A stretch of 64,000 bases of DNA, taken from the NCBI RefSeq assembly GCF_006345805.1, contig NC_043009.1, positions 61,132,001 through 61,196,000 of the forward strand. Direction: 5' to 3'. A program made the position numbers and the translations under genes. The DNA is from Octopus sinensis (taxonomy: Eukaryota). The notes below the pieces were generated by a model that had not been told where the DNA came from, ran no database searches, and saw nothing but the letters and a program-made list of their open reading frames with translations. Below are positions 10,521 to 21,670 of the stretch, in pieces; position 1 is the stretch's first letter; every line of letters begins with the position of its first letter.

Positions 10521-10969
10521 AACATCTTGCGCCAGTATAGTCATACATAACTGTTTTGTATCCTTTAGGTAAATAGGTAACCCCAGAAAGATGAAAGGCT
10601 AAATTGACCTCCAGTGAGATTTGAACTCAGAACTAAATACTTCGTTTTCTTTTACCTAATGTTCTACTGATTCTGCCAAACTTCTGTCTGTCGTAACAAT
10701 AATCACAGCAACAACTGTTTTCTGAGATGCAGTCCAATGAGAGCTGGGATTTAACTTCAGTGTTGTTGGCAGGAAATAAATGAAAGGAAAATTCCTTCTT
10801 AACCCTTTAGCATTTAATCTGGCCGTAACTGACTCAGATATTCTCCATGTTTTATGTTCAAGTTGGCCAGATCTGGTCTCCCACACCTACATTACAGTGT
10901 CATTCTAAAACAAATTATCACATCCTCAAAATCTCAAAGCTACAAGATAATGCATGATTAATTCAAACC

Positions 10970-11185
10970 AGTGTGATGCCAGTGCTGCCTGACTGGCCCC
11001 ATGCTGGTGGCACGTAAAAGCACCCACATACTCTTGGAGTGGTTGGCGTTAGGAAGGGCATCCAGCTGTAGAAACTCTGCCAGATCAAGATTGAAGCCTG
11101 GTGCAGCCATCTGGTTCGCCAGCCCTTAGTCACACGTCCAACCCATGCTAGCATGGAAAGTGGACGTTAAACGATGATGATGATT
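10970..11185 (+). mobile_element. RTE-clade LINE 3' tail
   Basis: GGCACGTAAAAGCACCC...CCCATGCTAGCATGGAAAGTGGACGTTAAACGATGATGATGAT. Other copies at about 16975-17165(-), 22045-22310(-), 23160-23375(+), 27935-28155(+), 28635-28810(+), 40225-40550(+) and 46325-46530(-). Confidence 0.75.
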
Positions 11186-11404
11186 TGACTGGATGCTTAA
11201 AGGTTAAATAAGTTGTCCGTCTGTTACCTGTAACATTACAGAGCAACTAGGTGAAGTGAGGCCATGGTAGACTAAAGTATTCTAACCACAAAATACCAGC
11301 AGTGTATTTGACTCCCTGATCCATCGAACATCATACAATGTTTTATTAGAAAAAACTATTACACTCAGCCTGTCCACATGACCACCCCATATCAAATAAA
11401 CTCC

Positions 11405-11957
11405 AGTGGCACGTAAAAGCACCATCCGTTCGTTTCCGTTGCCAGCCTCGCCTGGCCCCCGTGCAGGTGACACGTAAAAGCACCATCCGTTCGTGGCCGT
11501 TTGCCAGCTCTGTCTGGTCCCCATGTCGGTGGCACGTAAAAGCACCATCCGTTCGTGTTCATTGCCAGCCTCGCCTGGCCCCCGTGCCGGTGACACGTAA
11601 AAGCACCATCCGTTCGTGGCCGTTTGCCAGCTCTGTCTGGCCCCCATGTCAGTGGCGCGTAAAAGCACCATCCGTTCGTGTCCGTTGCCAGCCTTGCCTG
11701 GCCCCCGTGCCGGTCACACGTAAAAGCACCATCCGTTCGTGGCCGTTTGCCAGCTCTGTCTGGCACCTGTGCAGGTGGCACGTAAAAAGCACCCACTACA
11801 CTCACGGAGTGGTTGGCGTTAGGAAGGGCATCCAGCCGTAGAAACACTGCCAGATCTGACTGGGCCTGATGAAGCCTTCCAGCTTCACAGACCCCAGTTG
11901 AACCGTCCAACCCATGCTAGCATGGAAAACGGACGCTAAATGATGATGATGATGATA
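11405..11957 (+). mobile_element. Young RTE-clade 3' end with alternating 61/62-bp tandem array (123-bp higher-order unit)
   Basis: The CACGTAAAAGCACC anchor (one GCGT variant) recurs at 11410, 11471, 11533, 11594, 11656, 11717 and 11779, then the conserved tail and (GAT)n. Confidence 0.85.
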
Positions 11958-12001
11958 TGTGCTAAACTAAAGTCCGTTTTTCTGTTGAATCCTTGATCCA
12001 G

Positions 12002-12124
12002 GTACATGAAGACTCGAATGTCAACCGTGACGCATACATACCCAACCCTTCCTGTACATGGTTCGCTGAATATGAATGGATTGGTCAGCTGATGGGAGCT
12101 TGTTTCCGCAGTAAAGAAAATTTA
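12002..12124 (+). CDS. HECTD3: HECTD3 coding exon
   Basis: ATCCAG/...TTA-GTAAGA; encodes [41 protein letters not shown]; compare [33 protein letters not shown]. Confidence 0.96.
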
Positions 12125-13335
12125 GTAAGAAGTATTGTTCTCTTTCTATTTATTCCTTTTTTTTTTTTAATTTAAATTTCATTCTTATAGGTTTTTTTCC
12201 CCCTCTTTCTTCTTCCTTTGTTATTATTTTTTTCTCCTTTGTTGATCAGAAAATATATTTGAGTCAATTTTTAGAATTTCTTTGATAATCACATGACTTT
12301 AAAAAAAAATTTCTTTTTAACAGCAGCCAATTAGGGAACTTCTGTGTAAGTCGTGTAATCTATAATACAACAGCCAATAAAAACTAGCAGGACATGTTCT
12401 AGATCCTACATGAATGACAAAACTTAAGGGGTAGTTACAGGCTTCTACATGTAGCTGTGGAGATATGGAAAGTGGGAAGAAGAGAGAGAGACTACTCTAA
12501 ATAACTCTAACAGAGGAACCAGCTAATGATGGTGACAATTATAGGATCACAAGGAGTATGAAGGATTTGAAAGCATGGAAATCAATTTCCATGTTGGCAT
12601 GTGTTGGATGGATTTTCATGACCTGAGTAAGCACCGATTCTGGTGCCCTCAGATGAAGGACAATCATGTCTTGTGCGAACTGTCCAAGCACTTCATGTGT
12701 TTTGTTGTTGTTGCATGGTTAGATCATTGGCATCTAAACTGGCAACCCCACCAAGCTGGCTTGGTGAGGCGGGTGTTTTTTGGGGACACCCTGTGGGAAG
12801 GAAAACAAAACTCGTAAGGGTCAGTGGCCATCCAGTAGTGTGTGTATATAGAAGAGTTAATTTCAGTGATGAAAAATCCCTGAGCCAGGGTTACGATGAA
12901 GTCATGGGGAGCAGCATGGCGGATGTGAAGTTGGACATTTTGATCTTCATTTGATGTGTGATCTTCATTCAGAAAGTTACATGACACAATCTGGGGAGAA
13001 GAGCCTCTTTAGCCACTGGTCAGTCTAGTGCCAACCAATCCAGTTAGCAGATTACTGTCAGTTGAGAGAACTCACTTTGTCAACTTGAAAACATTATGGA
13101 GTTCTGGAACCTCATAGTGTCACTGATTGAAGTTGGATGATTAGTAGCAGTAGTGTTATTCTCTTATGCACCTGACTCCTATGAAGCCTGACTTCTCTGC
13201 CTGCATGTGACCCCTACTAAATGCTACTTCTGTCTCCATACTTTTTATACTCTGTGTGTGTTTGTGTATAGATGTAAAAATGAACCAAAATTGGGAAAAT
13301 AATGAAAGAAGTTCAACCAATATCTTTCTCTTTAA

Positions 13336-13555
13336 CCCTTTTGTTACCATATTTCTGTTGAGATGCTCTGTGTTTCTTTCAATTACTTTAAATATAACAA
13401 AGAATTTAGTGAAATAACTTAGTTGTCATTAAGCTAGTGTTAGGAACATAAATTGTGACTAAGGTTTGGTGGAAGATTTTAATTCAAAACTTATGAAAAC
13501 AAGACATTTATACTCAGTGCCAGAGCCGGTTTCAGCCGGGTTGGTAACGAAAGGG
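13336..13555. mobile_element. piggyBac-type MITE (220 bp), TTAA target duplication
   Basis: TTAA-CCCTTTTGTTACC...GGTAACGAAAGGG-TTAA; second copy at 53901-54114. Confidence 0.8.
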
Positions 13556-13909
13556 TTAATCAATGAAAAAGATTGCTTTTTTGTTGAAGTAAGGAATCTT
13601 CATCAAAATGTCCTGCATTTCATAAAACTTGTGTTTAAATGGGAAAAACAAATCACTGAAAATTGAAGAAATTAAAAGGGAAGATTCTGCAAGTCTTATG
13701 AAATTGATACAAAAACCAATACAATGGTCAGTGTAAAGCCAAATCATTTGGCATTAAAATGCAAATTGACACTGCTCAAAGAAATGCCAGGATTTATCAA
13801 TGATCTTCCTTGCTACTCAAAGATCTGTCTGGATCTTCAGGAAAATTAGAGTCCAGCTCCTTAAGCAGTGAATCTACTGTGGCCATGATGAAGAAATCAA
13901 ATTCTAGGC

Positions 13910-14050
13910 CAGTGGTTCTCAACCATTTTTTGTCTTTGGATCCCTTTGGTTTCTATTTTACCTAAGTGAACCCTCATACTTTACTCTGCTCTGGTCCTGC
14001 TGTTCGATGTTTAAAAAAATCCCATTAAATTTTTATAATTAGATATTGTT
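13910..14050. mobile_element. Truncated hAT (Charlie-like) MITE end
   Basis: CAGTGGTTCTCAACC terminus; reverse complement of the right end of the 23751-24000 element. Confidence 0.6.
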
Positions 14051-14764
14051 ACATTCTATGTCCTATTGAATCTCCTAGAGAACTACATTAAGGGTATGCG
14101 TGTCTGTGGAGTACTCATCCACTTGCACGTTTAATTTCACAAGCAAGTTGTTTGATTGATTAGATCAACAGGAACACTCATTGTGATAACCGGTGGAGTG
14201 CCAGTTATGTTGTATGGTGAAAGTAGCATAGCCAGATGATTCACAAGTTTGCTTCACTACCTATTTCTTTACTACCCACAAGGGGCTAAACACAGAGAGG
14301 AAAAACAAGGACAGACAGACGGATTAAGTCAATTATATCGACCCCAGTACGTAACTGGTACTTAATTTATCGACCACGAAAGGATGAAAGGCAAAGTTGA
14401 CCTCAACGGAATTTGAACTCAGAACGTAACGGCAGATGAAATACCGCTAAGCATTTCGCCCGGCGTGCTAACGTTTCTGCCAGTTTGTCGCCTTCACTGA
14501 TTGTGTCTGAGGATTACGTTAAGGCTCTGCACATCTGTGGGGTTCTCAGTCATATTGTTTATCATGCTAATTCAGTGAACAGTTACTTCACTTGATTAAT
14601 CAACTAAACACTTATTGTTAAAACCCAGTGGAGGGAAACTACTTACCTCAGATCACTGTGCTGTGTGGCCTTGAGCCTGACCTTGCTGTGGTCACTTTGT
14701 ATCTGATTATGCTGTGGTGACTTTAAGTCTGACTATAGTGCATTAGTGACTATAGTGAGTTGCC

Positions 14765-14952
14765 ATGATAGATCATTAGCCACTACACACATTTTTTTCT
14801 CTCCTTGTTTTTTCTGTGTCCCTTTCTGTAGAAGAGCGTAGGCTCGAAACGTAAAAGACTTTTTCTATTCATGAGCGTTATACTAATACATCTGTTTGTT
14901 TTGTACACCACCTGTCTTCGTCTTTGGGTTTTTTTTTCGTAAACTCTCCCTA
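14765..14952 (+). mobile_element. PLE-type terminal-repeat family (about 190-230 bp) carrying a hammerhead-like motif
   Basis: Shared with copies at about 27750-27880(-), 36120-36305(-) and 42045-42190(-); all contain CTTT-CTGTNGA-A-stem II-GAAAC-NTH-AAAG. Confidence 0.7.
14822..14857 (+). ncRNA. Minimal hammerhead-like motif, variant core CUGUAGA
   Basis: CTTT CTGTAGA A GAGC-GTAG-GCTC GAAAC GTA AAAG. Confidence 0.6.
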
Positions 14953-15056
14953 TTGTGCATTAACTTTACATGTAACAGTGATGTGCTGTCAATATAGCCA
15001 TGTCATGAAACATAGCCATAGATTGCTATCCTAACCTTAACTATATATCTTTCCAG

Positions 15057-15146
15057 GTGCTGTCTTTAGCCCCGTTTGTATGGAAACAGCTGTCGGGTGA
15101 AAATCTCAGTTGGGCCCAAGACTTTGCTACAGTTGATGCTGCTGAG
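15057..15146 (+). CDS. HECTD3: HECTD3 coding exon
   Basis: TTCCAG/...GAG-GTATGA; encodes [30 protein letters not shown]; compare [27 protein letters not shown]. Confidence 0.95.
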
Positions 15147-15419
15147 GTATGATATTCGTTATTTTTGAAATCCTGTCTGTGTTGTTCATAATCCCATCCC
15201 CCTTCTTCTCATCCTGTTAGTTTCTACTTGTTTGTCAAACCTGCTAGAAATAGCAGCCAGACTTTTCTAAAAATTCCAGTCTGCAGTCTTAAAGAAGAAA
15301 AGACATATTGGATAATGTAATCCTAGATACATTGTGTCTGAGAAAGATGGCTTGGATATGGTTGGAATGTCTTTGGTCATCGGTCTGCTTGATTTAAGTT
15401 GACCTGAGGCCAAGCAAGT

Positions 15420-15830
15420 ATCTTTTATCCCTTGTTTCAGTCATTGGACTGTGGCCATGCTACGGCACCAGTTTGAAGGGTTTAGTTGAACAAATTGACC
15501 CCAGGACTTATTTTCTTTCTGAAATCTGGTACTTGTTCTATCATACTCTTTTGTATTGTCAAGCTGCTAAGTTACAGGGACGTAAACAAACCAAAACCAG
15601 TTGTCAAACAAAGTGGGGACAAGCACAAAGATGCACGCATACACTTGCTCACACACACACACACATGATGGTTTTTCACACACAGTTTCTGACTATCAGA
15701 TTCATTCACAAGGCATTCGTTAGCCCAGAGCTATAGTGGAAGATACTTGCTCAAAGTGCCATGCAATAGGAGTGAACCCACAACCACTTGGTTGCAAAAT
15801 GCCTTTCTTAATCCCTTAGCCACACCTAAG
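15420..15830 (-). mobile_element. SINE family B, diverged
   Basis: Same tail, microsatellite and head order as 7851-8267. Confidence 0.7.
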
Positions 15831-16019
15831 CCTATGTGAATGTTATTATTTCTTCTGCCGTCGCTGGGCCCTTTCGACAGCCACTGTTTGGTTCTTATTC
15901 CATGATATGAAGCAATAAGAGATAAGTCTTTTCTTGGATATGCCATCCAACTTTTACTAACGTAATCTGGATATAAGGTAGTGTGCTGGCAGATTCGTTA
16001 GCACACCAGATGAAATACT

Positions 16020-16525
16020 TGTTCCTTCTCGAGCCATGCGTGACTCATAAGGGCCGATTTCCTTGGCGTATAGGTTCCCCACCTGGATGGGACGCTGGTC
16101 ATTCGCAGGTGGGCTGCAAGATGCAGGAGGAAAGAGTGAGAGAATGTTGCGACGAAAGAGTCAGCTGAAGTTTGCCCTGACCTTCTGCCAGAGCCACATC
16201 GCCCAGTTTGAGATTTGAACCCATGATCCCTTGACCGCAAGTCTGCTGCTCTAACCACTAGGCCATGTGCCTCCACTTGCGCCCTTTTAAAGCCTAGCCA
16301 GGCTCATGGGTCCAAAATCCCAGTTTCTATGGCGTATGTGTTCCCCAGCTGGACGGGACACCAGTCCATCGCAGCGTTACTCATTTTTGCCAACTGAGTG
16401 GACTGGAGCAACGTGAAATGAAGTGTTTTGCTCAAGAACACAACGTGTTGCCTGGTCCAGGAATTGAAACCACAATCTTACGATCATGGTGCTGACACCC
16501 TAACCACTAAGCCACATGCCTCCAC
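16020..16525 (-). mobile_element. tRNA-derived SINE family C, composite or nested copies
   Basis: Reverse strand GTGGAGGCACATGGCYTAGTGGTTAG head, TTGAGCAAAACACTTCATTTCACGTTGCTCCAGTCCACTCAG central domain. Related copies at about 22470-22740(-), 24070-24300(-), 31515-31825(-), 40555-40792(-), 44980-45520(+), 52600-52820(-) and 54775-55050(+). Confidence 0.75.
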
Positions 16526-16630
16526 GATGAAATGCTTAGTGGTGCTTCATTCAATAAAAATAAAATTCTGTTTAGTCTTCCTGTGTGTTTTTTTTTGTTA
16601 ATTGTGTTGTTGTTCTACATTCTACTCCAG

Positions 16631-16834
16631 GTGAAGCTGCTGGAGACCTTAGTCAATTTAGATGAACATAAATTTCTGCCTGAGAACCGGTTATGGAGTA
16701 CAACGTTGAGTGATGGCACTGAAGTCCACTTACGTCTGGATGAAGATGGTAACCCACGGCGACTTAAATATGATGAAAGAAGAGACTACTGTGCTGAGGT
16801 GAAGAAGATTCGGATGTCTGAAAGCTCAAAACAG
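16631..16834 (+). CDS. HECTD3: HECTD3 coding exon
   Basis: CTCCAG/...CAG-GTATGG; 68 codons VKLLETLVNLDEHKFLPENRLWSTTLSDGTEVHLRLDEDGNPRRLKYDERRDYCAEVKKIRMSESSKQ; phase 0/0. Confidence 0.92.
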
Positions 16835-17339
16835 GTATGGCCATTACTCAGTATGTCACTGGTCCTAAGACTCAGTGTTGCTCATTAACCATGTTCCTTG
16901 CATGCCCCTCCAGCTGAGTGTTCCTAATCTTGCAGACTCATGGCTGTTGGTGCCATGTAGAAAGTACCCATACCATCATCATCATCATCATCATCGTTTA
17001 ATGTCTGCTTTCCATGCTAGCATGGGTTGGACGATTTTGACTGAGGACTGGCGAACCAGATGGCTGCACCAGACTCCAGTCTGATCTGGCAGAGTTTCTA
17101 CAGCTGGATGCCCTTCCTAATGCCAACCACTCCGAGAGTGTAGTGGGTGCTTTTACGTGCTCCAATCTGGCCAGCCCCAAGGAAAATCAAAACTAAGAGC
17201 ACTAGATTCCTTGGAAGAAAGCAGCAAATGTTTATGAAAACAAGGACGGAAAAAAATGGAGAAACGGTACACAAATACAAATGCAAAAAGCAGGACATTA
17301 ACAACAGGTGTCTTTCGACTAATGATGAATTAAATTCTA

Positions 17340-18520
17340 GGCCCTACAGTACCAGCACACAAAGCTAAACAACATGCAGACAGGATACACTGGCCCAGGA
17401 GGAATTGAAATCCCTGAATCAAAATCGGTGCATGACCTGGGCAATGCACATGAGCAATAAAGCATGTTTTCAAGTGCATATTACCAATCTCTCTATATAA
17501 AAAGCTGAAGTTGTCTGTGTATGGCAGGTTTGGTAGCCTTCAACTAACACTATCTCCTCCGAGACCCTGTGGCGAAAGTTGACCAAAATTGAGAGTATGA
17601 TAGAAGAAGGCTTGCTCTTCCTTCCGTAGAAGAAAAAATTCAAATCGGACCATGTTAACACCAAAAATTATTTGCATCAAAAGGGTGCTTTTTTTCTATT
17701 AAAATCCCTATTTTTTACGATTTTTTTACTTCTGTGTCTCCATTTTTCGGTGTATTTAAACCAGAAAAATGTTCACTTAAAGAGAATAACAAGCTACATA
17801 ATGCAAAATTTTTACTTTTCAAAAATTCCAATTCTAAAGGGTCGAAACAAACCCAAGCAACGCCGGGCAATACTGCTAGTTTGGTAATAAAATGCAGACG
17901 GATTGCTGGTGGATCATCCGAACATTCAAAACAAGAGAAAAGGAGTCATTGATGATCTTTTGCAGGACATACATCTTTAGCTGCTTGGACTACTGCTCCC
18001 AACTATGGTCACCACACACTATAAAAGCCACAGTGGAACTCGAAGCAATCCATGAAGCTACACTAAGAAAATTATCTCAATGCAATGTATCAGCTACTGG
18101 GAAAGACTGAAAGAATTAAAACTTTTCTCCCTAGAATGAAGGCGGGAAAGACATACATCTGGAAAATTCTAGAAGGCCTTGTACCAAACTTTGGCATTGA
18201 AAGTTACTCAAACTGCAGAACAGGGCACCACTGCATAGTGCCAAAGATCCTAGCAACACCAACAAAATACAGGATCAGATACTGCAACAGCTTTGGCTTC
18301 AAAGACCCCCAGCTTTTCAATATCCTTACAAAATGCCTGAGAGACCTGCATGGTGTGGATGTGAGTGTCTTTAAAAGAAATCTGAATCTCTTCCTGTCAA
18401 GGGTTCCAGACGAGCCTACCTCACAGCAGGAAACACAGATGAGGGCAGTGGCATCAAATTCCCTCATTGACCAAATTCCACATATCAGAGGATGTTTCAA
18501 ATATTGGTGTAGCTCAGTCA
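17340..18520 (+). pseudogene. CR1/L2-group LINE ORF2 3' fragment, frameshifted and interrupted by a Helitron
   Basis: SKSVHDLG...VHIT|NLVIKCRRIAG, CRTYIFSCLDYCSQLWSPH, YIWKILEGLVPN...FKRNLNLFLSRVPDEP across several frames. Confidence 0.85.
17488..17879 (+). mobile_element. Non-autonomous Helitron (392 bp)
   Basis: A|TCTCTCTATATAAAAG 5' end, GC-rich subterminal CCCAAGCAACGCCGGG, CTAG|T 3' end, no TSD; removal rejoins the CR1 reading frame. Confidence 0.85.
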
Positions 18521-18752
18521 ATGGTGGTGCCCCAGCATGACCACACCTTTGAAGCTGAAACATTTTTAAAGGTTTTAAAGATATTTATGTAATGTATGTA
18601 TGTATATATGTGTGTGCGTGTGTATGTATATACATTTAAGTCACAATATATGGATTCAGGTAATCTAGTGGTACTCATAAAAAAACCCTCAATGTATCAT
18701 TCTAGAAAACACATAGAAATATATAGTGTGGTACAAGAGAAAATGATAAGGA

Positions 18753-19089
18753 GTGTATAAAGTGATAAATAACACAAAAATAGTTTGATGAAATCTTATT
18801 TAATAATAAGAAAATTCTAAAATCGTGACAAATTGTTTCGTAACTTAAAAACATGTAAATAATTTATATTATTATATTTAATAATAAATAAATCATTTAT
18901 GTGTCTGCATTATTTTGAAGGATTTTTTGCATTTTACATTGATGCAGACATGTGAGTAATTTATTCATTATTAAATAAAATAATATGAATTATTTACATG
19001 TTTTTAAGTTACGAAACAATTTGTTGTGATATTAGAATTTTCTTATTGTTAAATAAAATTTCATCAAACTATTTCTCTGTCATTTATGA

Positions 19090-19096
<7 letters not shown>
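18753..19096. repeat. Long AT-rich inverted repeat (fold-back)
   Basis: 18778-18893 pairs with 18959-19075; inner TGTCTGCAT/ATGCAGACA stem. Confidence 0.8.
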
Positions 19097-19148
<52 letters not shown>

Positions 19149-19426
19149 GTGTATGTGTCTCGTTTATATGCCAAATTTGCTACAGAATAGTATCCAAGGA
19201 ACACTCCCTACATGACACTGAGCTTTCTCCAATGCTATCTCGCAGTAAATTAGGCATATAAATAAAACACATATTGTATGTATGTGTGACTGATAATTAC
19301 ATTACAAGAGCTGTCTTTATAATTTGTAATTATGTATATATATGAAAATGCATAAGATGATTAAGATGATGATGTCTGAGATTATTGGTTAAGTTGTGTC
19401 TTTTGCATTTTGCTGCAATATTTCAG

Positions 19427-19556
19427 ATCGCTGCCATTCGTAAAGGATTGTTACAAGTAATTCCAGAAGATGTTCTTCGACTCACTACATGGCAGGAACT
19501 TGAGAAACGGGTATGTGGCGAGGCTGAGATTACTGTGGAGGCTTTACAGAAAAGCG
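19427..19556 (+). CDS. HECTD3: HECTD3 coding exon
   Basis: TTTCAG/...G-GTGAGT; encodes IAAIRKGLLQVIPEDVLRLTTWQELEKRVCGEAEITVEALQKS; compare [31 protein letters not shown]. Confidence 0.96.
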
Positions 19557-19634
19557 GTGAGTTCTACTACCATGACAGTCTGGATCTACGGACAGATTAA
19601 TTATGTACTCCATATTTTCCTGCATACAAGTCAA

Positions 19635-20044
19635 TACTCTTTACTCTTTTTACTCTTTTACTTGTTTCAGTCATTTGACTGCGACCATGCTGGAGCACCG
19701 CCTTAAATCGAGCAACTCGACCCCGGGACTTATACTTTGTAAGCCCAGTACTTATTCTATCGGTCTCTTTTGCCGAACCGCTAAGTGACGGGGACATAAA
19801 CACCAGCATCGGTTGTCAAGCAATGCTAAGGGACAAACACAGACACACAAACAAACGCACACACATATATATATATATACATATATACGACGGGCTTCTT
19901 TCAGTTTCCATCTACCAAATCCACTCACAAGGCTTTGGTCGGCCCAAGGCTATAGTAGAAGACACTTGCCCAAGGTGCTACGCAGTGGGACTGAACCCGG
20001 AACCGTGTGGTTGGTTAGCAAGCTACTTACCACACAGCCACTCC
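19635..20044 (-). mobile_element. SINE family B, near complete and young
   Basis: High similarity to 7851-8267 with CpGs retained. Confidence 0.85.
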
Positions 20045-21670
20045 TGCGCCTATGTTAATGATAATGTGTCTGTATTGCTGTGGAGTATTATGTAGATTGT
20101 GTGTGTGTACTTCTGATGATTATAATGTCGCATAAGCTCCCATCATAAATGTATAAATATACATATATCTTTAGTTAAATATATTCAATGAGAATATTAT
20201 ATACTGAATTTATATTGAGTGCTCAATTGTATCAAAGTATTAATACTATTAAAGTATTTATATATCTAATACGAGCGATATATACATATATATTTTTTAA
20301 TAATATATTATTATTATTAATATAAGGAAATTAATATCAGAACTCCTCATAAAGATATACCCGTGTGAAAATAGTTGTTGTATTAAAAGTATATAAATAA
20401 TTAAATATAAATATATATAAAAATATATGTAAATATGTATAAGTATAAATATAATGTATAAATATATATGACAGTTTAAAAGTTTTGAATTAATTATTCA
20501 AAGCATCTTACGATCGTTTCACAGAATAGTTGTCCCTATAATGAAATCCTGTCTTGATAAGCATTTATAGACCACACTTCTGCTCTTCAGAGATATAAAA
20601 TATGAACATTGTATAACATATCGAATGATAGTTTTTTTTTAATATTTGAAGTAAAACTATAAAATAGTGTTTGTTTGAAATATAAATTAAAAATTTGAAA
20701 TTACTACTTTTGATGAGAGTCTTTAAATCCATATATACTTCCTTGGTTAGTCTTCTGCAATAATCCATAATATTCTTATGTAAAATCCGTTATATTATCT
20801 TGTATTCTTAATATAGTTCATATAGTTAGTTTAGAAATGTGAAATTTGTATAACATTTTGTCTGTAAATAAGGTGATGAGCTGGCAGAATCATTACTGTG
20901 CTGGGAAAAAATGTTTAGTAGCATTTTGTATGTCGTTACTTTCTGAGTTCAAATCCCACCTGTTGGGGTCGATAAAATAAGTACCAGTTGAGTACTGGGG
21001 TCAATATAATCGACTTATCACCTCCTCTGAAATTGCTGGCCTTGTGCCAAAACTTGAAAAACCCCTTATGTCTGTAAATATAATTACTATATGCATATCA
21101 TGTCGATGTAAATATCCTTTCTACATCTATACATGTGTAGACTCTTACATCTGTGTAAATATTTTTCTTTATTTCTTTATTGCCCACAAGAGGACAAACA
21201 AGGACAGACAAAGGGATTAAGTTGATTACATCGACCCCAGTGCATAAATGGTACTTAATTTATCGATCCCGAAAGGATGAAAAGCTGAGTCGACCTTGGC
21301 GGAATTTGAACTCAGAACATAACCTATTTCTTTACTACCCACAAGGGGCTAAACACAGAGGGGACAAACAAGGACAGACAAACGAATTAACTCGATTATA
21401 TCGACGCCATTGCATAACTGGTACTTATTTAATTGGCCCCAAAAGGAGATAAAAGGCAAAGTCAACCTCGGCAGAATTTGAACTCAGAATGTAACAGCAG
21501 ACAAAATACCTCTAAGCATTTTGCCTGGCATGCTAATGTTTCTGCCAGCTCGCTGCCTATGTAAATATTTTTCTTGGCCATCTGTCTGTATATATGCATG
21601 CAAAAATTTATTTAGGTGTACATGTGTCTGTGTGTGTGTGTGTCTATTTTAATTTGTTGTCTGCTTACAG

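Noticed and set aside
11282-11910. Three overlapping repetitive ORFs of 126-172 aa
   Set aside because: By-products of the 123-bp unit (41 codons) in a LINE 3' UTR; no homology or splice support.
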